Positions 1 through 8,522 of a DNA stretch of 64,000 nt are shown here, one piece after another (positions within the stretch are counted from its first letter, which is position 1; every line of letters starts with the position of its first letter). Location: the IMG/VR virus record IMGVR_UViG_3300031576_001126, positions 1-64,000 of that record. One strand, written 5' to 3'. The stretch comes from a virus. The translations under genes and the position numbers were made by a program. Under the pieces are notes generated by a model that worked only from the letters and a program-made list of their open reading frames with translations, made no database searches and was not told the DNA's origin.

Positions 1-135
1 TCCTCTTATCCTCTTATCCTCTTATCCTCTTATCCTCTTATCCTCTTATCCTCTTATCCTCTTATCCTCTTATCCTCTTATCCTCTTATCCTCTTATCCT
101 CTTATCCTCTTATCCTCTTATCCTCTTATCCTCTT
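1..135. repeat. Tandem repeat of 8-bp unit TCCTCTTA (at least 16 perfect copies, truncated by window start)
   Basis: Read directly: TCCTCTTA x16 over 1-128 plus a partial copy. Confidence 0.97.
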
Positions 136-190
136 TTGTTCTCTTTTGTTCTCTTTTGTTCTCTTTTGTTCTCTTTTGTTCTCTTTTGTT
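131..190. repeat. Tandem repeat of 10-bp unit CTCTTTTGTT (6 copies)
   Basis: Read directly; abuts the 8-mer array and shares the CTCTT core. Confidence 0.95.
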
Positions 191-340
191 CAAGAAGACT
201 GCTGATAGTGTTTTTTATCCGTTTTAAAACTCCTTTTATCCTCTAAAGAGTGTTTGTTCTTTGAAAATAGATAGATGGTTCTTGAACAATTCCTTTTCTT
301 ATTCTATTAGAATAAGAAAGAAAGTTATGAATCAAAGAAG

Positions 341-375
341 CAAGAAGCTCACGCCTTGAGGCGTAAGTAGTTCAC
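341..375 (+). mobile_element. IS200/IS605-family right end (hairpin plus GTAGTTCAC), orphan remnant
   Basis: CAAGAAGCTCACGCCTTGAGGCGTAAGTAGTTCAC has the ACGCCT-TG-AGGCGT hairpin followed by GTAGTTCAC, typical of tnpB element right ends. Similar ends occur at 10860 and 14325. Confidence 0.7.
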
Positions 376-1145
376 TGATAAACTACGTCAACAATAAACG
401 AATTGCTTATTGTTGCTCCCTCAAATGTTATTTCAAATCCAGTAGACATTTCTGGATATTTACTGGATATATAAACTCTAACCCCATCTATAACCATTGT
501 AATGACTGGTCTATAATAAACCGACAATCTATCTCCACCTTGTATAAAAGTTCCGGCAGCCGAAGCCGCCCCTGGTGTCGAACCGTTGTCTGAAATCGAA
601 GCTCCGGTGAAAGCCAACCCATTTGGATTTATATTCACTAAATTAAGTTGACCTGTAGTTAATGAATCGTTAGAAACTCCTACTATTTTCGCTGTCGTTG
701 CTCCTTGTGTTAGTGTTTTCCCGATATTAAACGGAGATGTTTGTCCTGAAAATGTCAATATTCCTTTTGTGTTATCAAGAATTGGGGCCGATGGTAATGC
801 TCCGGCTCCTATGTTTAAACTAAAATCGTCTTGATTAACATTTTCTTCAAAATGAATTCCGTTATCTAATAATTGTCCATTCAAAAAAACCTGTAGAGAT
901 CCAACTTGATAAGTATCTCCTCCGGATAAAGTGGAGATGGAGTATTGATCGTTTCCAGTTGGATCAAAATAAATCGGGCCTTTTGTTGTCGAATTAGCGG
1001 TATCTCCTCCTCCGGTTATTATTGCCCAGGAAATTGGGAAACCAGTCTCAATAATGTGTGTTCCATTTACAGTAGCCGGATTTATTTCTATCCTGGTTGT
1101 TACGGGACTATTGTCTCCATCGGCAATAATAAATCTTCGTATCAT
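372..1145 (-). CDS. Virion/tail-fibre accessory protein with beta-sandwich modules
   Basis: ORF (ATG 1145; alternative GTG 1160). Contains the SLQVFLNGQLL..G..F.E / GD.L.V.Y module and an FNIGKTLTQGATTAKI module, both common in phage structural proteins. Confidence 0.55.
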   Translation of the reverse strand: MIRRFIIADGDNSPVTTRIEINPATVNGTHIIETGFPISWAIITGGGDTANSTTKGPIYFDPTGNDQYSISTLSGGDTYQVGSLQVFLNGQLLDNGIHFEENVNQDDFSLNIGAGALPSAPILDNTKGILTFSGQTSPFNIGKTLTQGATTAKIVGVSNDSLTTGQLNLVNINPNGLAFTGASISDNGSTPGAASAAGTFIQGGDRLSVYYRPVITMVIDGVRVYISSKYPEMSTGFEITFEGATISNSFIVDVVYQ

Positions 1146-1152
1146 TTTTATA

Positions 1153-1569
1153 TTACACAAAAATTTCGTTAAAATTTATATTCCCATGATCCAGTCCATA
1201 TCCATATCCATAATTACAATGATCTCCATTTTTAATTTCTTCTATTTTCTTTATTTTGCATTTTAAAACTTCAGTATTATTTATGGCAAGTTGATAATCT
1301 CCTTGAGAAACATATCTTGCGGCATTTACAAACAAAGCTTTTCCCTCTTGGGAGGCATTATTAAACCAATCTAATATTATTTGTCTTTTGTTCTGATTTG
1401 AACTTTCCACTAAGGTTATTAGATTTGCAACATCTTGTATGGCTGCAATTTTATCCGATGAACTTCCTGGCGTATTTGGATCGGATATCATTGAATTTAA
1501 TGAGCTTACAAATTTAGATTTGTTTGTTAAAAAAGATCTTATTATTAATTTTTCATTTTCTGTTAACAT
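1153..1569 (-). CDS. Hypothetical protein with C-terminal YGYGYG motif
   Basis: 138-aa ORF with GAGGAG RBS; NYGYGYGLDHG near the C-terminus. Confidence 0.7.
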   Translation of the reverse strand: MLTENEKLIIRSFLTNKSKFVSSLNSMISDPNTPGSSSDKIAAIQDVANLITLVESSNQNKRQIILDWFNNASQEGKALFVNAARYVSQGDYQLAINNTEVLKCKIKKIEEIKNGDHCNYGYGYGLDHGNINFNEIFV

Positions 1570-1581
1570 TTCTATCTCTCC

Positions 1582-2397
1582 TCAACATAGATCGTTTATA
1601 TCTCTATAATCTATTCTTAATTTTTCAGATAAATCCTTTGGCAAAACATTTTCCCAAGGAACTTCTTCTGGTGGTTCTATTTTTGATCTTATTGTATGAA
1701 GATTCATTCCGTGCCAAACATCATTTTCATGAGTTACTTGAACTATGTTGTTTGGATCGAATTTGAATCTATTTATTTCTAATTTATCACAAAGATCATC
1801 TACAACCCCAACGGGATTGTTCATAAGATCTCGATATCTTATAAAAATTAGTCTATCGGAAACTCCCCTTTGAAGAGCGTCTCTCAGTCTGGAAATATAA
1901 ATGCCAACAACGCTTGATGGTTTTAGTAATTCACTTGCTCTTCCATAAACTGTTTGACAATTAAAAAAAGCATCTCCGGAAGCATCTATATAGTCTATTT
2001 TTCTATTTCTGTAAATTTTTTCAAAAGAAGACACAACAGCACGAATATCTCTTACCGTGGCGATGACTTTTATTTTATATTTTAGAATATTTTCTAATAT
2101 TTCTATATATTGAAGCCAGCCTCTTGATTTATCAAAAACTGTTTTATTTTGTTCAAATTCTTTTTCAAAATATCCATGAATTAATCCCTTCATGGAACTT
2201 TCTACTCTGGGTTGAGCAATATCCAAACCTTCGGCTTTGAATTCTATATGATTTTTCCATGTGCTTTTAATTCCTATTAATAGCTCTATAAGACCGCTTG
2301 TTGGAGTCACATAATGATTTTGAGATTGTCCTAAAATATTTAATAAAAGAGTAGAACCTGATCTAGGCATTGAAGAGCAGAAAAATATTTTTTCCAT
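1582..2397 (-). CDS. PAPS-dependent sulfotransferase (Sulfotransfer_3 / TPST-like P-loop fold)
   Basis: 5'-PSB motif SSMPRSGSTLL, DKSRGW, 3'-PB motif VRDIRAVVSS, and RYRDLMNNP. GGAG RBS before ATG 2397 (track start GTG 2409). Confidence 0.88.
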   Translation of the reverse strand: MEKIFFCSSMPRSGSTLLLNILGQSQNHYVTPTSGLIELLIGIKSTWKNHIEFKAEGLDIAQPRVESSMKGLIHGYFEKEFEQNKTVFDKSRGWLQYIEILENILKYKIKVIATVRDIRAVVSSFEKIYRNRKIDYIDASGDAFFNCQTVYGRASELLKPSSVVGIYISRLRDALQRGVSDRLIFIRYRDLMNNPVGVVDDLCDKLEINRFKFDPNNIVQVTHENDVWHGMNLHTIRSKIEPPEEVPWENVLPKDLSEKLRIDYRDINDLC

Positions 2398-2441
2398 AGT
2401 TTTCTCCACAAAGTTTTCTTCAATAATATACGATTAATTTT

Positions 2442-5400
2442 TTAATCTGCGTAATAAACTTCTACGGCTTCGACCACGGCGATCCAGCGAATATTTGTGG
2501 CGGCAGCGCCTGTAACACTTATTTGAAGAAAATCGTTTGTGTCATTAGCAGAGAGTGTGACGGTCCAACCTGCAGAATTTATATCCGTTCCTATTGTTTG
2601 AGTCAATCCGACTTGAGATGTAGTGCCCCCGGTTCTTTCTATTAAAAGTTTTCTTGTAAATTCTGCATGAGCGCCTCCTGTGTCTTGTCTAGCTACAATT
2701 CTAACCCAAAAGTCATAAGCCTTTTCAGTATCAATTGTAAATCTAGAGGCGGGGGCGGCAGGGATTGATCCTGTCAAGGTTAATTCTGTTGGTGTGGCAT
2801 TTTTTGTGTCTGTAAATAATATTGTTCTTGTATATTGTCTTTTTCCAAGATCTGTTGAAGATGGAGCATTTCCCTGGGCATGTTGTGAATTTAATTGCGC
2901 ATGTCCACAAAAGCCTTCTGCATGCGATCCAAAAGCCCCACTTGCTGTGCAGGCCACTCCTTCTGCATGAGAACCCTGTCCACTTGCCACAGTGTTTGAC
3001 CCTTCCGCATGAGAATAAAGCACGCTTGCTGTCGTACAGGATCCTTCTGCATGAGAATAATCTCCAGAAGCTGTTGTTGATTCTCCTTCTGCGTGAGAAT
3101 AAAGACCATTGGATTCTGTAAGTTTTCCTTCTGCATGAGAAGCAATCCCAAGTGCAGTTGTATTATATCCCTCTGCATGAGAATAATTTCCCGTAGACGA
3201 TGAAAGTCTACCTTCGGCATGAGATCTATCTCCAGAAGCGGTTGTCGATTGTCCTTCTGCATGAGAATAATGTCCAGAGGCTGTTGTAGATTGTCCTTCG
3301 GCATGAGAAACATTCCCACTTGCTGTCGAACTTTTCCCTTCCGAATGGGAATTTGGACCTCCAGATGTTGTGCTTTCTCCTTCTGCGTGAGAATAATTTC
3401 CAGAAGATATTGTTGATTTTCCTTCTGCATGAGATCTTGCTCCAGAAGCTGTTGTGTTATGACCCTCGGAATGCGAAAAAACTCCAGAAGCTACAGATCC
3501 TCCTCCTTCTGCATGTGAATAAGTATTGCTTGCCGTTGTAGATTTTCCCTCGGCATGAGAATAATTTCCAGATGCAGTTGTGTCTTTTCCCTCAGAATGT
3601 GAAGTTATACCGCTTGCTGTTGTATTATTTCCTTCAGAATGAGAGACATAGCCTGATGCCGTTGTAGATTTTCCTTCGGCATGAGAATAATTTCCACGAG
3701 CTATTGTTGATTTTCCCTCTGAATGAGAAGAAATTCCAATAAAGGTATTAACACATTGTCCCGATGTTCTATCGTCAAGGGCTTGATTTATTGTAAAAGT
3801 TGTATTTACTCCGCCAAAAACAACAGCGCTAATAACTCTTGTTGTGGCATTTAATGTATTGTTTGATCCTCCGGTCAATCTAAAAATATTTATAGTTGAT
3901 CCGTTAGAAAATTCAGAAGTCACATCTCCTGAAATTGTTACTGTTGTTGATGATACTGTAAAGGTTCTGATTCTATTTCCAGATCTTGTGCTATCTCCTT
4001 CGGCATGAGACGAATTTCCAGAAGCGATAACATTATAACCTTCAGCATGAGAGGAATGTCCTGCAACTACCGTTTTTAATCCCTCAGAATGTGATGATGT
4101 GGAATTTGTTACGGATTCAATGCCCTCGGCATGTGATCCTGAGCCTCCTGAAGCCGATAAACATTTTCCAGCGGTTCTATCATCCAAAACTGAATCTATA
4201 TTAAATGTTGTGTTAACTCCTCCAAAAGTGGGTGTGCTATTTATTGTTCTTATAGCTGTGTTTAATGTTGAGTTTACTCCCCCAGTTAAATCATAAAATG
4301 TTATTTTACCGCCATTTGAATACTTTTGAGTCACATTGCCAGATATTGTTATAGTTAACGATGCTATAATAAATGTGTCTTTAGAGTTTGTCGAACTGGA
4401 TATTGATGAAATATTTTCAGAATGAGACCCATATCCTGAAGCAGTTGTTTTGTGGCCTTCTGAATGCGTATCTGTTCCACTTGCTGTTGTGTTATAGCCT
4501 TCGGCATGTGAATTTGTTTCGCTAGATATTGTATTATATCCCTCTGAATGGGATCTTGTTCCGCTCGATGTTGTTGATTTTCCTTCGGCATGTGAATCAT
4601 TTCCACTCGATATTGAATTGATGCCTTCTGCGTGTGAATTGTTTCCTGAGGCCGTGGTCGTATGACCTTCGGAGTGAGAGGCATATCCAGAAGCGACAGT
4701 GACATAACCCTCTGCATGAGCAGTGATATCGGAAGCCGAAGTTCCTTTTCCTTCTGCATGGGAAAAGTTTCCAGAGGATGTGGTGCTATCACCCTCGGCA
4801 TGGGAATAATCTCCGATTGAACTTGTGCTAGAACCTTCTGCGTGGGAATTGATTCCGGATGCAACTGTAGACTCTCCCTCTGCATGTGAATTCGATCCAG
4901 AAGATTGAGAGTAATAACCTTCGGCATGTGAATTTGCACCGCCTGATGTTGATCCATAGCCTTCGGCATGGGAATAAACTCCAGTACTTGTTGTTAATTT
5001 CCCCTCTGAATGAGAGGCATTTCCTGTCGATATGGTTCCATCGCCTTCGGCATGAGAATAAATTCCAACAGAATCCGTAGCGTTTCCTTCCGAATGTGAA
5101 GAATTTCCTGTTGATACTGTATTTTTCCCTTCCGCATGAGAATTTGTACCAAATGATGTTGTATAATATCCTTCGGCATGCGTATTGATTCCCGTGGAAG
5201 TTGTATAAAAACCTTCTGCATGTGAAGCTGAACCATCGGCTGTTGTGGTATTGCCTTCTGCGTGAGATTGTGGTCCAAAAGATGTTGTATAAAAACCTTC
5301 TGCATGAGAACCCTTTCCGGAGGCTGTTGTTGCATAACCTTCTGCATGAGAACCGAAATTTCCACTTGCAACAGTGGCCGATCCTTCGGCATGAGAGGCC

Positions 5401-7259
5401 GATCCGCTTGCCGTTGTATAAAAGCCTTCTGCATGGGACTCGTTATTGCTGGCCAATGTGCCTACTCCTTCGGCATGAGAATAGTCACCTGAGGCTTTAT
5501 TGTTCTTTCCTCCTGCTATGAATGAATAATCTCCACTAGCAACTTGATCCGAGGAAGTTCTTACTGATTGTAAATCTACTGCATAGATACCTCTTGCGTC
5601 TCCAGAAGAACCAATTTGCAAAGCTCCGGTTCCCTTTGGAACAATAATAAAAGAAGCATTAGCACCGGCATTTTCTCTTTTTAATTCTCCGTCTAGTCCA
5701 ACATTGCCGTTTACGCTTAATTTTTCAGCAGGAACCAAAGTTCCAATTCCGACATTTCCAGAAACACTTTGCAAAGAAACATTGCCATTGCTATCAATAA
5801 CCAAGTTATTTGATCCATCATAAGTTATTGTGCCTTCGTTTCCAGAAGAGCCTATGTGTATTGTTGATGGGCCAAGATAAATGTCTCTCCATCTTAAAAC
5901 ACTACTTCCAAGATCGTAAGTATCGTTTACAGAAGGACCAATTGATCCTGCTGTAGTTATCGTAAATACAGGGGTATTTGTTCCTATTCCAAGTCTTTTA
6001 TTGGTATTATCCCAAAAGAAATTTATCGGATCTCCGGATATCAGACCACTTAATCCCGAAAATAAAACAGAACCAACCGAAAAAGATCCTATACTTATGG
6101 AGTTTACAACATATAAATTTCGCCATCTTAAAGAAGATGATCCAAGATCATAAGTATTGTCTGTGTCTGGTCCAATATGACCAGCTATTCTAAAATGAAA
6201 ATCCGCTGTGCTTGTTGTATTTATTGAAACGTGTCTTGTTGCTTCATCTATAGTTAATATTCTGTTATTTAAACTGTCAGTAAATCTTATTTGAGTGCTT
6301 GAATCAAGATCATATGTTTGCATTGCTGTTGTAGTCGAATTATCTGCAACATCAGCAAGAGTTGGAAAACCGCTTCCAGAAAGAGAAATCCAGTCTAATT
6401 GTCCACTTCCAGATGTGCCCAAAAATTGTCCAGATGTGCCAGCCGTGGTTGGTAAATAAAGCGTAACATGACCAATCATTCCTGAAGTTGGTCTTGAAAT
6501 TGTGAATTTGAAATCAGAACTGGCTCCAGAAGCATCTGAATTTATAACAAACAAATCGTCTTTTATATTTAATGTTTGTATATTTAAAGTGTTGCTCCAA
6601 TTTGGGACAATGCCAGTTGATGTTAGAATTGTTCCGGAAGCCCCAATTCCAAGTCTGGCATCATTATTAGAGGCATTTCTAATCCATAAATCTCCAGCGG
6701 TTGTAAGGGGAGTAATAAGAGGTCCTCCGCTTCCGGCAGTTACCCATTGGGCATTTCCAATGGAATCAATACAACCTAAAATTTTTCCGGCAGTAGGAGA
6801 TCCTCCAGATATTCTTATTGTTCCTAAAATATTTGTTTGAACTGGAGTGGCTGAATTTTTTCCAAGATTTATAACTCCTGTTCCAGAAGGATTAGGAGAT
6901 ATTACAACATCTTCGTTAAGTCCAATTGAAGATATAATGCCGCTTATTTCTAATGCATTGATTCCAGTGCCAGCATTAAATCTTACTGCCCCGGCATCAA
7001 CGGTAATTATTCTTCCCGCTCCGCTTCCACCTGCATCATAAGCATTATCCAGACTGACGGAAGAAGAAAGACTCGTGCCTGGATCATCATACCAATTTGT
7101 AGAGCCTATTATTCTTCTTATTTGTGTTAGAATAGCATTGATTGTATCTTCCAAATAGACTTGTAAATCTTGAAGATCCTGTCCGAATGTTGGCGATTGA
7201 TATTGATCATTGAAATTATTTGGTTTACTTATCTGTGTGCCTGGATCAATAAGTGGCAT
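2442..7259 (-). CDS. Long tail fibre / adhesin with YadA-head-like 14-aa SHAEG repeats
   Basis: Dozens of 14-residue xxASGxxSHAEGxx repeats (42-bp DNA periodicity). Fibre motifs YDLGSSSLRWR (x2), FFWDNTNKRLGIGT, GNVGIGT and GDARGIYAVDLQ. GAGG RBS. Confidence 0.85.
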   Translation of the reverse strand: MPLIDPGTQISKPNNFNDQYQSPTFGQDLQDLQVYLEDTINAILTQIRRIIGSTNWYDDPGTSLSSSVSLDNAYDAGGSGAGRIITVDAGAVRFNAGTGINALEISGIISSIGLNEDVVISPNPSGTGVINLGKNSATPVQTNILGTIRISGGSPTAGKILGCIDSIGNAQWVTAGSGGPLITPLTTAGDLWIRNASNNDARLGIGASGTILTSTGIVPNWSNTLNIQTLNIKDDLFVINSDASGASSDFKFTISRPTSGMIGHVTLYLPTTAGTSGQFLGTSGSGQLDWISLSGSGFPTLADVADNSTTTAMQTYDLDSSTQIRFTDSLNNRILTIDEATRHVSINTTSTADFHFRIAGHIGPDTDNTYDLGSSSLRWRNLYVVNSISIGSFSVGSVLFSGLSGLISGDPINFFWDNTNKRLGIGTNTPVFTITTAGSIGPSVNDTYDLGSSVLRWRDIYLGPSTIHIGSSGNEGTITYDGSNNLVIDSNGNVSLQSVSGNVGIGTLVPAEKLSVNGNVGLDGELKRENAGANASFIIVPKGTGALQIGSSGDARGIYAVDLQSVRTSSDQVASGDYSFIAGGKNNKASGDYSHAEGVGTLASNNESHAEGFYTTASGSASHAEGSATVASGNFGSHAEGYATTASGKGSHAEGFYTTSFGPQSHAEGNTTTADGSASHAEGFYTTSTGINTHAEGYYTTSFGTNSHAEGKNTVSTGNSSHSEGNATDSVGIYSHAEGDGTISTGNASHSEGKLTTSTGVYSHAEGYGSTSGGANSHAEGYYSQSSGSNSHAEGESTVASGINSHAEGSSTSSIGDYSHAEGDSTTSSGNFSHAEGKGTSASDITAHAEGYVTVASGYASHSEGHTTTASGNNSHAEGINSISSGNDSHAEGKSTTSSGTRSHSEGYNTISSETNSHAEGYNTTASGTDTHSEGHKTTASGYGSHSENISSISSSTNSKDTFIIASLTITISGNVTQKYSNGGKITFYDLTGGVNSTLNTAIRTINSTPTFGGVNTTFNIDSVLDDRTAGKCLSASGGSGSHAEGIESVTNSTSSHSEGLKTVVAGHSSHAEGYNVIASGNSSHAEGDSTRSGNRIRTFTVSSTTVTISGDVTSEFSNGSTINIFRLTGGSNNTLNATTRVISAVVFGGVNTTFTINQALDDRTSGQCVNTFIGISSHSEGKSTIARGNYSHAEGKSTTASGYVSHSEGNNTTASGITSHSEGKDTTASGNYSHAEGKSTTASNTYSHAEGGGSVASGVFSHSEGHNTTASGARSHAEGKSTISSGNYSHAEGESTTSGGPNSHSEGKSSTASGNVSHAEGQSTTASGHYSHAEGQSTTASGDRSHAEGRLSSSTGNYSHAEGYNTTALGIASHAEGKLTESNGLYSHAEGESTTASGDYSHAEGSCTTASVLYSHAEGSNTVASGQGSHAEGVACTASGAFGSHAEGFCGHAQLNSQHAQGNAPSSTDLGKRQYTRTILFTDTKNATPTELTLTGSIPAAPASRFTIDTEKAYDFWVRIVARQDTGGAHAEFTRKLLIERTGGTTSQVGLTQTIGTDINSAGWTVTLSANDTNDFLQISVTGAAATNIRWIAVVEAVEVYYAD

Positions 7260-7283
7260 TTTTTAAATTCCTCACTACAAAAT

Positions 7284-7340
7284 AAAAAGGGAACTTTCCT
7301 ATCCATGTTTAATTCACACGAGATAGAAAAATTCCCTTTT
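7284..7340. promoter_or_regulatory. Imperfect inverted repeat upstream of the tail fibre gene (terminator/attenuator), overlapping a candidate promoter
   Basis: AAAAAGGGAACTTTCCTATC ... GATAGAAAATTCCCTTTTT, with T-runs on both strands. Confidence 0.5.
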
Positions 7341-7366
7341 TTTAAGCGATGAGTTATTTTAAAATT

Positions 7367-7705
7367 TTAAACTTTGATGGGACCGTTTTTCAATATTTGC
7401 CCAGTTCTTTGATTAATACCATAATAATTAGCTTCATTTGATGGGATTCCATATTTATCCATGATAATTTGAATCACGGTATCAAGATTTTTTCTCAATC
7501 CTATCACTTGTGAGGCCAATTCTATTTTCTTGACTTCAAGAGAACCAAGAACAGATTGAGCATTTAAAACTTGTGTTTGTTGTTTTGAAATTGATTCCAA
7601 ATCTTCTTTAGAAACAACAATTGGTTCTCCCTTGTCGTTTGTTGGATTACCATTAGCGTCGAAGCTAAGTTCAGTTTTTGGTTTTTCTTCGTTGTTGCCT
7701 TCCAT
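7367..7705 (-). CDS. Hypothetical coiled-coil protein (possible fibre chaperone)
   Basis: 112-aa ORF with AGGAG RBS and a heptad-like central helix; lies upstream of the fibre gene. Confidence 0.65.
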   Translation of the reverse strand: MEGNNEEKPKTELSFDANGNPTNDKGEPIVVSKEDLESISKQQTQVLNAQSVLGSLEVKKIELASQVIGLRKNLDTVIQIIMDKYGIPSNEANYYGINQRTGQILKNGPIKV

Positions 7706-7715
7706 TTTAATTCTC

Positions 7716-8522
7716 CTATTTTCTCCTTATAGCTTTTTCTGGATCGCTCATTACTACAGGTCTTGAAAAACTCGACTCTGATCGTCTTTCTCCGGATCCT
7801 CGTGGCGGAGCTTGTCGTTTCCCAGTATACGATTTTTCTCCAGGAATTAGCTCATCAATTTCTTCATTGAGAGCGACTCCTCCTCTCATGAGTAATTCGG
7901 TTTCTTTTCCGAGTCTTGTTCTTTCATTAACTTCCATTTCTTCCGTCACGGATCTCTCATTTTGATAGAGATCCTCTGTTATTGTTATTTCTCTTCCATT
8001 AATTTCTATTTTTTTATCTTGTTCTCTTACTGATCTTAAATCGTGAAGTTCTTTTTTTGAAGATTTACTTTTTGAATTATCATTTATGGATTTGTTCGAC
8101 ATTTCTTCAGAATATTGATCTTCTGTTATGTCTATTATTTTTCCACCATCATAAAGAGACTGGATTTCTTGACTATCTAAATCTTTTATGGATATTTTTT
8201 CTTTTCTTATGTAATCTATTATTTTTATTTCTCTGTATTTAGGATATCCAGCTTCATCATGACCGTCTTGGATATTGATAAAAATTGGTCCTCCGATAGC
8301 ATTTTTAATGTATATTTTTCCGCTTCCGCTTTTTTTTGTTTGGGCTGGTTTTTCAATTTTTTGTTCGGGATTATTTAAAGATCTTTGTCCAGAAGGTTCT
8401 TTGTTTTTTTTGTTAATGTTTCTTAATAAAGGATTGATATATCCATATTTTTCAATCATCATTGTTTTTTTTACACTTAAGGAATTTTCTGGAATAAATA
8501 TTAAAGAATTCGTTATTTTCAT
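7716..8522 (-). CDS. Hypothetical protein
   Basis: 268-aa charged ORF; ATGA overlap with the upstream glycosyltransferase. Confidence 0.7.
   Translation of the reverse strand: MKITNSLIFIPENSLSVKKTMMIEKYGYINPLLRNINKKNKEPSGQRSLNNPEQKIEKPAQTKKSGSGKIYIKNAIGGPIFINIQDGHDEAGYPKYREIKIIDYIRKEKISIKDLDSQEIQSLYDGGKIIDITEDQYSEEMSNKSINDNSKSKSSKKELHDLRSVREQDKKIEINGREITITEDLYQNERSVTEEMEVNERTRLGKETELLMRGGVALNEEIDELIPGEKSYTGKRQAPPRGSGERRSESSFSRPVVMSDPEKAIRRK

Noticed and set aside
1-190. Possible CRISPR array
   Set aside because: Contiguous 8- and 10-bp units with no unique spacers; no cas genes in the window.
2822-5521. Many overlapping alternative-frame ORFs (e.g. 2891-3430, 4364-4969, 4994-5434 with LMQK/HMPK repeats)
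   Set aside because: They are shadows of the 42-bp SHAEG repeat in other frames, with no independent RBS evidence.
2442-7259. Bacterial trimeric autotransporter adhesin
   Set aside because: No signal peptide or C-terminal YadA beta-barrel anchor; phage fibre motifs and context favour a tail fibre.
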